NCBI GenBank assembly: GCA_054600435.1 | Contig: BAAIJX010000035.1 | Location: forward strand, 124,001 to 188,000 | DNA: 64,000 bases | Source: Neophaeotheca triangularis | Taxonomy: Eukaryota | Direction: 5' to 3' | Shown here: positions 48,336 to 59,240 of the stretch, piece by piece | How positions within the stretch are numbered: position 1 is the first letter of the stretch | Layout: each line of letters begins with the position of its first letter | Translations under genes and position numbers: made by a program | The notes under the pieces: model-generated | The model's input: the letters and a program-made list of their open reading frames with translations, nothing else | Database searches by the model: none | Told to the model about the DNA's origin: nothing

Positions 48336-50205
48336 ATGAGACTCACACAATACGCGGGCGTCTGCCTCGCAGCGCTCACGTCCTTCTCCTTGGCGACTGC
48401 TGTTCCTGTGCGAAGCCTAGACCTGGAGGAACGTCAGGACAGGAAAGCCGACTCTGCATGCAAGAACGGCCCCTACACACGGATGTGCTGGGAAAATGGC
48501 TTCAGCGTCGCCACCGACTTTGACCAAAAGTTTCCTCTTACTGGTAACACTGTCACGTACGATCTGGAGATCAAGAACACAACTTGCAACCCGGATGGGA
48601 TGGAGGAGCGAACATGTCTGATGATCAACGACCAATACCCAGGTCAGTTCATCCGAAAACAGCGTTTATAAGTACACTTATACTGACTTGCGTAGGACCA
48701 ACCATCAGAGCCACCTGGGGCGACGACGTTGTCGTCAACGTTAAAAACTCGATGCAAGATAACGGCACGTCGATCCACTGGCACGGTGTTCGACAATACC
48801 ACACCACCGGAGACGATGGTGTCGGAGGCATTACCGAGTGCGCCATTGCCCCCGGCGATACTAAGACTTACCGTTTCACCGCAACCCAGTTCGGCTCTAG
48901 CTGGTACCACAGGTAAGTGATTATTGCTCGACCACCACCCAGATACAAGGAGGAATGCTGACAGCTTTCAGTCACTTCTCAAGCCAGTACGGAGATGGTG
49001 TCGTCGGCACGATGATCTTTGATGGGCCGGCAACTGCCCCTTACGACGAAGACCTTGGCCCATACGTCGTGAACGACTGGTACTACACCACTGCATTCCA
49101 GATGGATGTCCTCGCCCTGAACAACCTGCAGGCGCAGAGCCCCCCTCCTGGCGGTGACAACATCCTGATCAATGGCACGAACAAGAACCCTGACGGCGGC
49201 GGCGAGCACAACAAGGTAAAGGGCCTCAAAAAGAACAAGAAGTACCGCCTCCGAATTGTCAACACGTCTGTCGACAATGCCATTCGTGTCTCCCTCGACG
49301 GACACAAGATGACCGTCATTGCTACGGACTACATTCCAAGCAAGCCCTTCGAAGCTGAGACCATCCTGATTGCTGTTGGCCAGAGGTACGATGTGGTCAT
49401 CAAAATGGATCAAGAGCCGGGCAACTATTGGTTCAGAGCCAACAACGCCGCGGACTGCAGGAGCTCCAACAAATTCTACGGTCGTGCCATTTGGACTTAC
49501 AACGGCGTCAAGGAGGCTGAGCCCACGTCCGATGCTCACGACGAGTCCGGAGCGCAGTGTATCGAGCCCACCGGGGTCGCGCCTTACTGGGTTCAACCTG
49601 TCCCCAGCTCTACCTTTACCGAACAGCTCAAGTCGATGGACATCTCCCTCACCAGAGCCCAGGTTGTACCCAACGGCGACTCCGTCTTCGTCTGGGCCCT
49701 GAACCAAACCTCGATGAGCGTGGAATGGGACAAGCCAACACTGACCTACGTTATGGACGGCGAGGACGAATTCCCCGAGAAGTACAACGTCATCCCCACC
49801 ATCAAGGAGGGCGGCTGGAACTACTGGCTCATCCAGCAAGTCCAAGGCGTGCCGCCAATCCCCCACCCCATCCATTTGCACGGTCACGACTTCTACGTCC
49901 TCGGCCACGGCTCCGGATCCTACAGCCCCGACACGGAGCTCAACTTCGCTACACCACCGCGCCGCGACACCGCTATTCTGCCCGGCGGCGGATGGCTGGC
50001 TCTGGCTTTCGAGTCCAACAACCCCGGCGCGTGGCTAATGCACTGCCATCTGGCCTGGCACATCTCCGAGGGTCTTGGTGTGCAGTTCCTCGAGGAGCCT
50101 GACCAGATCGAGATGCCGAATGCGCAGGAGTACGAGAAGACTTGCACCAACTGGAAGGAGTATGAGAAGAACATGTTCTACCCCAAGGACGATTCTGGAT
50201 TGTAA
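48336..50205 (+). CDS. Secreted laccase / multicopper oxidase (AA1; introns 48643-48695 and 48913-48971; 585 aa)
   Basis: Signal peptide; copper motifs HWHG, WYHSH (after splicing), HPIHLHGH and HCHLAWH; C-terminal DSGL typical of asco-laccases. Confidence 0.95.
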
Positions 50206-50816
50206 GAGTTCGTCGGCGGTGCTTGTATAATAAGTAATGAATATACTTTCGTTCTTTTTTTTGTCCTTTGATCGCCCTCAGCCGCTGCAGATCGAGCATG
50301 ATGGGCGCAGTATTCCTTGATGATAGGGGCAGTAGCCGCGGATCACCCTACCTTAATTGAGTCTTCGCTGGAGTCTCCCATAGTGCAAAGATGCAGTGTT
50401 GCTGTGAAGGCCCATCAGACTCGAATGCATGAGCTCACGACATCTGGCGGCCAGAAACCGAGGTGCACGCTCAAAAGCCGATTGTTCTTTCGACGTCGCC
50501 CAAACTTGCTCTCTTTCGAGTCTTCAACCCGAACACATCACCCAACGCAAACTCCACGCATCGCACCTCGTGAAAGCGCCAGAAAGTGTCACCATCATCT
50601 GCTTCTGATGGGAAAGCATCGAGTTGGGAGTTTGTTTAAAGCCTGATCCCGAGTTATCATCGTGGGTTCAGGTAGGTCCATGACACACTATCCTGCCAAC
50701 AAGAGGTAGCTGCTACACAAGGACTTGGATTGAAAAGGAGTGTCTGCTGTCGGTAGGGGAAAAAAAAGCTCCCCCTTGTCTCCTTGTCACATCTCCTCCT
50801 TGTCAAACAAACACTA

Positions 50817-51891
50817 CCGCGCAAAGCAAAAACGCCAACGTCAACGTCGTCTTCGGCATCAAAGGTCATGGCGCCAAAGGCATGGAGCTGTCTCGCGTCC
50901 ACGACGTCCAGACCGCGAGCGACTGTCAAAAGGTCTTTCGAAAGTATGGACACAACGAACGTGACACCGCCCGGCGTACGGCTCCGGCACTTTCGGAGTC
51001 CATGCTCGGCGACCGCGAATGGCAGAAGCGTGGGCTGGTGGTGCAAACCAAGTACTGCCCGACCGCGGGCAGAGATATTCCAGGTGGTTGGAGCGCAGCG
51101 CTGAGGCGTACACCTGAGGGACCTCTGTGAGAGAATTTTGGCCAGGAGCTTGCAGGCGCTGCGGATGGATGAGGTGGAGAGGTGGTATTTGCATGGGCTT
51201 GCCAGGACGATGCCGTTTGCGGAGACTATTGAGGCGGTGGATGAGCTGTACGAGGAAGTCTGTGAGAGGTTGGGTATTAGCAGTTATTTGGCTTGGGGAT
51301 GTGGCGCAGATTTGTGAGCTCTGTAGAGCTAATGGGTGGAAGCAGCCGGTAGGGCGGTGATGAGTTTCCTGTGGGGGTTTTGGCTAATTTTGGACAGGAC
51401 GTCTATCAAGGAGTCTACAATGCCCTATCCCGTTCAGTTGAGCCTGTGCTCTTTCCCTGTCTGAGGCACTACGGCGTTGCGTACTATAGCTACAACCTGT
51501 TTGCGAGCGGATATCTGACCCCTCGCTACCACCGCGAAGACAGCGACATTGAAGCCGGCTCACGCTTCGACCTCTGACAAGTGGCAAGGCCGTATGTGCT
51601 GCAATCGATACTGGAACGATGCGTACTTTGGCGCGCTGGATCTGCTTCGGCCTGTGGCCAAGAAACATGGTCTTACCGAAGCAGAGTGTGGGTTGAGGTG
51701 GATGACACATCACAGCCAGCTCAAGAGGGAGAATGGCGATTCGACTCCTCATCATAGGTGCCAGCTCGGTGAAGCACATGGAAGACAACATGGCTGACTT
51801 GGAGCAGGGCCGGTTGCCAGAGGATGTGGTCCAGACCCTGGTCAAGGAATGGGTAGGATGTAGAGGCATCTCTGGAAGGTATTGGCACTAG
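50817..51891 (+). pseudogene. Decayed aldo-keto reductase (aflatoxin B1 aldehyde reductase/AKR7-like)
   Basis: Fragments NVVFG, RVHD, GHNERDTAR, WYLHG, LGISSY, VYQGVYNA, LRWMTHHSQL and IIGASS lie in different frames, with several frameshifts and no clear ATG. Confidence 0.85.
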
Positions 51892-54659
51892 GCTCAGGCT
51901 CTCAGTACGTTGAGGTCGACGACCGCGGCACGAGGTGATCGAGCGTGATCGAGCGTAGTGTGCAAAGGGCTCGAGGCCGTCGACAACCACATTGTCGATC
52001 CGTGGAGATCCCGGAGTCGCTCGCTCGCTTGGTAGCCTTCCAAAGCTTATGTCGACGGCGTTCACGTTTCTAGTTTCGTGGGTACCTATAAGTTAGTTAT
52101 ACGGCTCGGGGTTGAGGAAAGTATGTAAGTTGGACGAAGGCGCACCTAGAGCCGGGGCACTTCTTGGCAGCTCCAACATGAAGATGGTAGCCTGGCGTAC
52201 CTAGGTGACCACTGAGGCTCTTGCACCACCCGAGTGCTGTTGATTGGTTCTAATAATGACGAGGACCGGTGGTTCGACCGTCCATTTTCACGGTCAATTC
52301 CAAACGCAGTAAGCACCGAAATGCGATAAGAATAATATGGGGCATGTTTCTTCACTACTCTCCTTTGTCTGCATCTGCACAGTTCAGGCTAATGATGATA
52401 AGAATAACAAGAGGCTTTGGCGGTATCATCATTCGAGACCGAGGGCCGCTCCACGGCCGGACGGAAACTCGGCGGCTTTGACTTCACACAAGTCGAGACG
52501 AGAATCACGAGAGGATTCCGTGTAAGTTGTATAGGGCAGTGATTCGGGAGCTCTAGCAAACCTACTTCCTATTATGACCGCAAGCGCGCGTGTGGTCGCC
52601 GGATCTGGATAGCTTTGGCTAGCTAATCGTCGTGAATCGTGACGGAGCATGATTGATTCATTACTAGTATCGTTGCGCCTTGAGTCGGCAATGGCAGGAG
52701 GTCGAAGGGTGAAACACTGGAACTGTAAGCCGAGTCAAGACTGAAGAGGACAAAGCGAGGTATGGATCTGTCAGCAAACCGAAGCTGATTTGAGGCGTTT
52801 GCCCCTGGCGAGCTACCGACGACAGCAGACTGCTTGTTTTCCGTGAAGAGTCGGTCCAGCCAGGGCTGAGCCAGCCCATTAGGAATTCAGGCGAAGACAA
52901 AAACGAGTAGTAGTATGAAAAATAGGCGAAGAATTGAACATGATCAATCAATGGCGTTTGAGGCGGACAGGTTCCAAGGTTCCATCAATAATAATACCTC
53001 CGTACTATTTACTACTACTAGTACTAACTGTCATTGCAGCTCTAGTGCTCTACACGTTTCTGCTCAGTACCTAGTAGGTTAGTAAGGTTAGTACCTCCTA
53101 CCTCCTACTAGTACTTCCTTGTGTCGATGCAAATACATACAGTAGTACTGAGTACCTGATAGGTAGTAGTAGGGGGGGTACCTATACTTACTTTTACCTG
53201 CCGAGCCAGACCACCGGAGACTTGTAGTGTGTGGAGTGGAGATCTGGCTCGGATGGTCCGGGATGGATGCTAAAAGAAAACAGTAGTAGTGGTAGTGGAG
53301 ACTTTGCCCATGTGAGATTTACAATAGTCTTTTCCTACTGCGGCCTTGGCTTCCCCGACCTTACCTCTGCAGACTGTGGGCTGTGGCAGTGTCGTCTCCC
53401 CGAGTCCCTCTAGTACCTCTACCTGGTTTGGTAGCTCAACGGGGGGTACCCGCGCCGCTTCCCACCTTTCGGTCTCAATCCTTCCAAAAGACCTTGCCCT
53501 GCCTGATAATAATAATAATAATGTATGCAATTATGCATCTTCACTCCAACGCTATCGCCATCTCTTACAATAGCCAGCGAGACTCCACCAGGCCAACTAC
53601 CGCAAAAGGCAGGCACATACATACCCATTCAAGAATAAAGGCCGGCAAATGCCTATTTCAGGCAGACCTGGCAGCTAGAGCTGCATCACACTATAGGTAC
53701 TGTCGAAACAATTACTACTCCTATCCTTGGACACGCATCAACAACAATGCAAGTAGAGTGCGACCGCCAGTACTATCATTTCTTGAACGGCTTTGGTGCA
53801 AATAGTAGTAGTACCTTACCTCAATAATAATCAAACACCTTCAAATCACACGCCTTGGCCATTCCCAACTACCAAGCCGTTGGCTCCAGACCCGGGCCGC
53901 CTCGTCTCTGCAAAAGTTTGCCCGGCTTCAGTTCCATGGTACACTTGGACCCCTCTTGTTTCTGCGTGGACAACGACAAGCCCGGTCATGCTGAAGAACT
54001 GGAATCTTTGCGTTATTGTGAAGATTGCTTGGCGCCTGGAGCGCCTATAGCCTGCACTCACAGCCTATAGCGAGCGCCACATGGTATTTGCAGTACCATG
54101 ACATCGGCGCACATGCTGAGCCCACAAAACAACGTGACATAAGCTTCAAACCTTGCGACCAAGTCTCGCGTACCTGCAGAAGGCCGGACCTTCTGCGGCT
54201 GACGGCCAAATTCCAATACTCCTGCAGAGTCCAGACATACTACTGCTACTACTGTACCTACAGTAGTACTAGGTACGCAAGACCTCATAGTCATGTGTAG
54301 TCATCCCAGCGCTTGCGATCGAAAGCGGCAATCCCCCCACGAGTGCTAGAGTTGCACGGCCCGCCAAACAGACCGTGACGCCTTCACTAGCACCATGAAT
54401 CCAATGCTTCACTTTCCACTAGTCTGAAAGGCGAGCCCGTGAACAGTCAACCACACCGTGATCCACGAGTCGATACGGGCTGCTCTGTCAACGACGATGA
54501 GGTCGAGAGGGCAGATGGCGGTGTATATCATGGGCATGCCTCTCCCTCAATCTCGTCCAATCCATCAGCATCACTTCCTTCTTTCTTCACAAAGAACAGG
54601 GTCTTCTTCCCGACACATTCGCTTTAATCCACCCGACACATTCGCTTTAATAATCCACC

Positions 54660-56126
54660 ATGAAGAACGCCATCGCCGCCGCAGCCCTCCTTGCGGGCTT
54701 TGCTGTCGCAGGTCCCGTCGAGAAGAGGCAGGAGTTCGACTTCGGTGCCATCTTGGACGCACCTTCGCCCTCTGCTACTCAGCCAGATCTCACTGCCACC
54801 GACGGTGTGACCAAGGTTGACATCGCCTCTGCTTCCAAGTCCATCGTGGCCGTCGTTACCACCGAGGCCACTGCCTCCATCACTGGCACCGCTGCCTCTG
54901 CTGCTGCCACTAGCGATGCCCCCGTCGAGAAGCGCTGGTTGATCAACAACATCCTTTGCGGTTTCTTCGGCTGCCCTAAGCCCCAACCCACCACCACCAC
55001 CACGCCATACCAGAAGACCACGGCCAAGCCCACCACTGCCGCTCAGACCACCGCTCAGCAGACCACCGCTCAGCAGACCACCGCTCAGCAGACCACCGCT
55101 AAGCAGACCACTGCTCAGCAGCCTGCCACCACCGAGGCTCCCACTCCCACCAAGAACGAGGACAAGCCCAGCCTCTCCACTGACCAGTTCGGCAACGTCT
55201 TCACTTCCGACCCTGCCTGCCCCAAGCCATACGAAATCGGCACCTTCTGCGGCTTCGTCAACCCCCAAGACTATTGTATCCCTCAGCCCGATGGTTACGG
55301 TCCCAAGGTCCACGACCCTGACACGGCCGAGGCTTTCCTCGCTTACAAGCCTTTCCACGAGACTGCTCAGAACGCTAAGACTCCTTCCGGCTACGACGTT
55401 GTCTTCAAGGACTTGAACGCCGGTGTCAGCGCCAACAGCTACCTCGGTCTGCACACCCTCAAGTCCTACGACCCCCAACAGTGCGCTTCCCTCTGCGATT
55501 CTGAGGAGCTCTGCACTGCTTTCAACATCTACTTCGAGCGTAACCCGGCCCTTAACGTCAACACTAACACAACTGACCCCGACTTCAACTGCCCCAACCC
55601 CGCTTCCATCACCAACTACAAGTGCACCTTGTGGGGCTCTGAGATCACCAAGGAGTCCGCCACCAACGAGGGTGGCTACCGCTTCGACTTCCACGTCGTC
55701 ATCACCGGTTCCAACGGCTACGACAAGACCGACAAGGTGACTCCCCCTGAGCAGCCCGGCTGGGAGAAGCCCGAGAACTGCCAGCACAAGGCCATCAGCT
55801 CCGGCGGCAGCTACCACCTCGGCAGCAAGTTCTTCCCCGGTCCCTTCGACACCAAGCTCTGCGGCATCTACGCCACGGCGCAGCACCAGAAGAACAAGGC
55901 CGAGGCGGTCGCCAAGGGCCGCAAGAGCTTCACGCCCTGCAACATGTTCAACGCCTACTCCATCAAGAAGAACGGCAAGGGCCAGGGCACTTACTGCTCG
56001 CTCTACAACACCAAGCTGTCCACCAGCTGGGCCAACTGGGGCGGCCAGACCAGCGGCAGCAACCGCTTCGAGTGCGGCTCCTCCTGGAACTTTGCCCTCT
56101 CTCACCAAGACTCTGGTCTCTTGTAG
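54660..56126 (+). CDS. Secreted Thr-rich, Cys-rich protein (Kex2-type KR sites; apple/PAN-like Cys pattern)
   Basis: Signal peptide, VEKR twice, TTAQQ repeats, and CASLCD..CTAFNIYFER..KCTLWG; very strong C-ending codon bias. Confidence 0.85.
   Translation: MKNAIAAAALLAGFAVAGPVEKRQEFDFGAILDAPSPSATQPDLTATDGVTKVDIASASKSIVAVVTTEATASITGTAASAAATSDAPVEKRWLINNILCGFFGCPKPQPTTTTTPYQKTTAKPTTAAQTTAQQTTAQQTTAQQTTAKQTTAQQPATTEAPTPTKNEDKPSLSTDQFGNVFTSDPACPKPYEIGTFCGFVNPQDYCIPQPDGYGPKVHDPDTAEAFLAYKPFHETAQNAKTPSGYDVVFKDLNAGVSANSYLGLHTLKSYDPQQCASLCDSEELCTAFNIYFERNPALNVNTNTTDPDFNCPNPASITNYKCTLWGSEITKESATNEGGYRFDFHVVITGSNGYDKTDKVTPPEQPGWEKPENCQHKAISSGGSYHLGSKFFPGPFDTKLCGIYATAQHQKNKAEAVAKGRKSFTPCNMFNAYSIKKNGKGQGTYCSLYNTKLSTSWANWGGQTSGSNRFECGSSWNFALSHQDSGLL
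55047..55121 (+). repeat. Coding minisatellite, 5 x 15 nt (TTAQQ/TTAKQ)
   Basis: Tandem ACCACCGCTCAGCAG units with 1-nt variants. Confidence 0.9.
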
Positions 56127-56608
56127 ATGAGCGAGGCGCGCATGACGAACGACTCTTGACGCGCGGAGAGGAGAGAGGATGGCAAACAGCACAGCCGAAT
56201 CGCTCCACGGACAATTTTGGAGGAATTGCTTCTTTTCGCCGCTTACACCGACATTGATTGTTTTTCGAGTCCGAGTTTTTCTCTATTTCTCTTTTTTTGT
56301 TCTTTTGATGAGAATTACCGAGATCATTTACTAGCATCGGATTTTCGTATAGTGTATAACTTGTAACTTCTACTTAGCAATCTAAAACTTCTTCTTCACC
56401 ATCTTCACCACACTCGCTCACCAGTGCCACCTCCAACTTGCCTCTAGACCTTTTTTGCAGATCGAACCACCTCAGCAGGGCAGCTTTTGATAAACGGTGC
56501 GCAAACCCTTGCCTAGCTGCAATTTCCACTGCATGTCACTTAAGATATAAGAAAAAAACGCCATATGGTTCTGCCATGAACATGCTATAGTCCGTTTTCA
56601 GCGAACAA

Positions 56609-56611
<3 letters not shown>

Positions 56612-56656
<45 letters not shown>
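56612..56656. repeat. (TC)n microsatellite
   Basis: About 22 uninterrupted TC units. Confidence 0.95.
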
Positions 56657-56661
<5 letters not shown>

Positions 56662-57214
56662 CACCCGCCATGAAACTGGGCACTCGCTTCAAAGGCAGAG
56701 CAGTTGGCCAACACTCAGTGGATCGACGTCGCGTGTCGACTGTACTCACACCACGGCCAGCGGCAGCGTTCTCGCAATCTCGATGCATTTCTTGCTTTCT
56801 TCGAGCGTTGCTCTGACGGGGGATTGATGCAAATGCTCGCACCTTCGGTTGGTGGTAGAGGACATGGCTTAGATTAGTAAGAGTCCGGGTCCGGGTCCGG
56901 GTTTGGGTTGGGGTGGTGGTTTTGCTGGTCGTTTCAGATGCACGTCGCTCGGTTCGGATGATGAGAAGAGTGGACGGTGGATGCGCTGGTATCACTATGC
57001 TGTTCGCAATAGCCTGATGCGTGGCCTTTATTTAGTATATCAGGGCCCTCCTAAGAAGCGAAAGAGCGTTGGAATTTGTATGGAGAAACTGAATATGGGC
57101 TTTTCGAAGCTTGATCGAGCCTGCAATCATACATATGTACTGTACTGTCCCTTCACCGTGCTCGGTTTCGGGGCTTGGTTACCAAAAGAGCCAGTACCCA
57201 CGCTGCTTACACCT

Positions 57215-58382
57215 CTACTCGTCGTCTTCTTCTTGCTGCTCCTCGTCCTTGGAAGCCAAGAACCTCCTCCTAGCAGCCTCCTCCTCCTCCAAGCTCGCGA
57301 CCTGCGAGTTCCTCAACTCCCTGATACGGTCCGCTGGGCCCGGGAGGTTGCCGATGCGGTCGGAAATTTGGCCACGGCCGATCAAGCTTGCAACGATGGC
57401 GCTACCAACGATGAAGGTCAGCACGAAGCGGTAGACGGCGTACCACGGAGGTGCCCAGCCGCGTTTCGTGGCGCGAGAGTCGTTGTAGTAGAGGAAGTTG
57501 AAGGCTAGGAACTGGGCGATAAGGGCGTATTCGACGGGGAGGAGGATAGTGGGCCAGGCGACGGCGCAGGCTGTCACACCGATCATGTAACGCGAGTAGC
57601 CTTGGTATCCGCCGAAACCGGCCCATTCAAGACCCCAGTGAACGGTGCCCAAGCAGGAGATGATCTGTACGCTTATTAGATGCTGAGGTATCCCTCAAAA
57701 GCGATGGGTTTAACATACCACAGCGCCGTAACCGATCTGGAGGGGTTCGAGGATGTGCAAGACGAGCTCCGCGGTGCGTTCGGAGAAGAGAAGGCCAGCC
57801 CCGGTTGCAGCTGCATGGTTGATTTCCCATGCGCAGTAGACAGTGCTAAGAGAAGTTGCAAAGTAGGGAAGGACACCAGCCATGCCGACGTAGTATGCTT
57901 CCTTGGGAACTTCGGACAAGCTGAAGGTCTCCTTGATGGTCCTCTGAAGAACGTCCGTTAGCGACAATGATTCGACACTACTCGAGGATGCGCCAGAGTT
58001 GGGGCCCTACCATGTCGTTCCTGACGCCGGCCATCATGTCGGTGTCGTGCTCCTGTTTGCCCTCCTCGGCGCCAACTTCGGTCAACACGGGACGAGTCGA
58101 AGAGTCGACCGAGACGGCCTCTGGGTCAGGCGTCAACTTGCTCTGCGACATGTCGGTTTCCGCCTTGGTGTCCGGCTTCTCGAGCCCAGCCCTCTTGTCC
58201 CCAATGGCGTAGGCGCGAACAGCCAATGGCTTAGCCACAGACAGAACTTTTGGTCTCCGGGCGGCGGTGCATAGTTTGGAGGAGTATTGTTGACGGACCG
58301 AGGCAGAGGCTGCGCGGAAAGCCGGTTGCTGTGCGGTGCTCAAGGAGCGGAGAGCGCTGCGGGAGACGCCAGCGCGAAACAT
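57215..58382 (-). CDS. Mitochondrial membrane protein, DUF3429/TMEM69-like (348 aa; introns 57944-58010 and 57665-57718)
   Basis: Presequence MFRAGVSRSALRS; AGVLPY, YGAVIISCLGTVHWGLE and WAPPWYAVYRFVLT. All three exons are phase 0 with GT-AG introns. Confidence 0.85.
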
Positions 58383-59240
58383 GTTGAGCGACGTCGGCGT
58401 GGGGCAGACGAACGAACGAGAAGCAGCGCAAGACTGGGAGGGCGAGGCGGCGGTGGTGTGGGGAGTGGAGAGTGGAGAGGGGTGGTAGAGATGGTGGGCA
58501 GCAGCGAGGTGTGTTTCCCAATCTGAGCTGAGGGTGAGGAAGTCCAAAGCTTGCCGCGAGCGCCGGGAGCTCCTCCCAATGGCGGCTCAAGCTCGGCAAA
58601 AAGCATTTGTAGCCTGAGGCAAGAACATTGTAAACCGCGTACCTACGAGTCAGGCTAGTGCCCACGTGAGTGCCTACCCAACCTGACCTAGGCAGCTCTG
58701 CTGCAGACGTACCTTAATGTACTTGATCTTTGTACTGCTTCACACACGGCACCATACCAGAAATCGTCAGAGTCGGACCAATACCTTGTCGTCGTTGTCA
58801 AAAGTGAAGATTGCTCGTAAAGGTCAGAAGGGCAACGCCAAAAGTGATCGACTGCAGCTTGACGTAGCAGCCACGAAGCCACACGACGTGGCGGGGCGAA
58901 GGAGCGAGCTTCGCGGTCAAGTCAAGTCGAGAAGCAATACCAAACGTACTCCATATCCCGCGCTGTTCTACCTCCCACCTCACCACGTTTCCTGCCTTTC
59001 TGTCCACGAAACTACCATCAGTCTCGCCCGAGGCTTACTTGACGTTCATTCATTACTTCTGCGTTATCTCGCGTGTGCCGGGGACACAGCTGTCTGCCCG
59101 ATTTGGGAGATTCGAAACACGGCCATCTGGCAACGACCTGAGATGAGATAACGACTTTCTTCTTACACCTTGACCCGACTCACTCCACACGACAATTCTG
59201 ACGATACTCCTTGACCCGGTAACGGTCAACAACCGACGCC

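Noticed and set aside
48979..49908. 309-aa antisense ORF in the laccase (similarly 18523-19368 in the symporter and 62829-63845 in VPS13)
   Set aside because: Antisense shadows caused by C-ending codon bias.
10314..51891. Secondary-metabolite or xenobiotic cluster (P450, SDR, FAD monooxygenase, laccase, AKR)
   Set aside because: The genes are dispersed among housekeeping genes, with no backbone synthase, cluster transcription factor or transporter.
54624..56192. 522-aa antisense ORF
   Set aside because: Shadow of the strongly codon-biased secreted protein on the + strand; no recognisable motifs.
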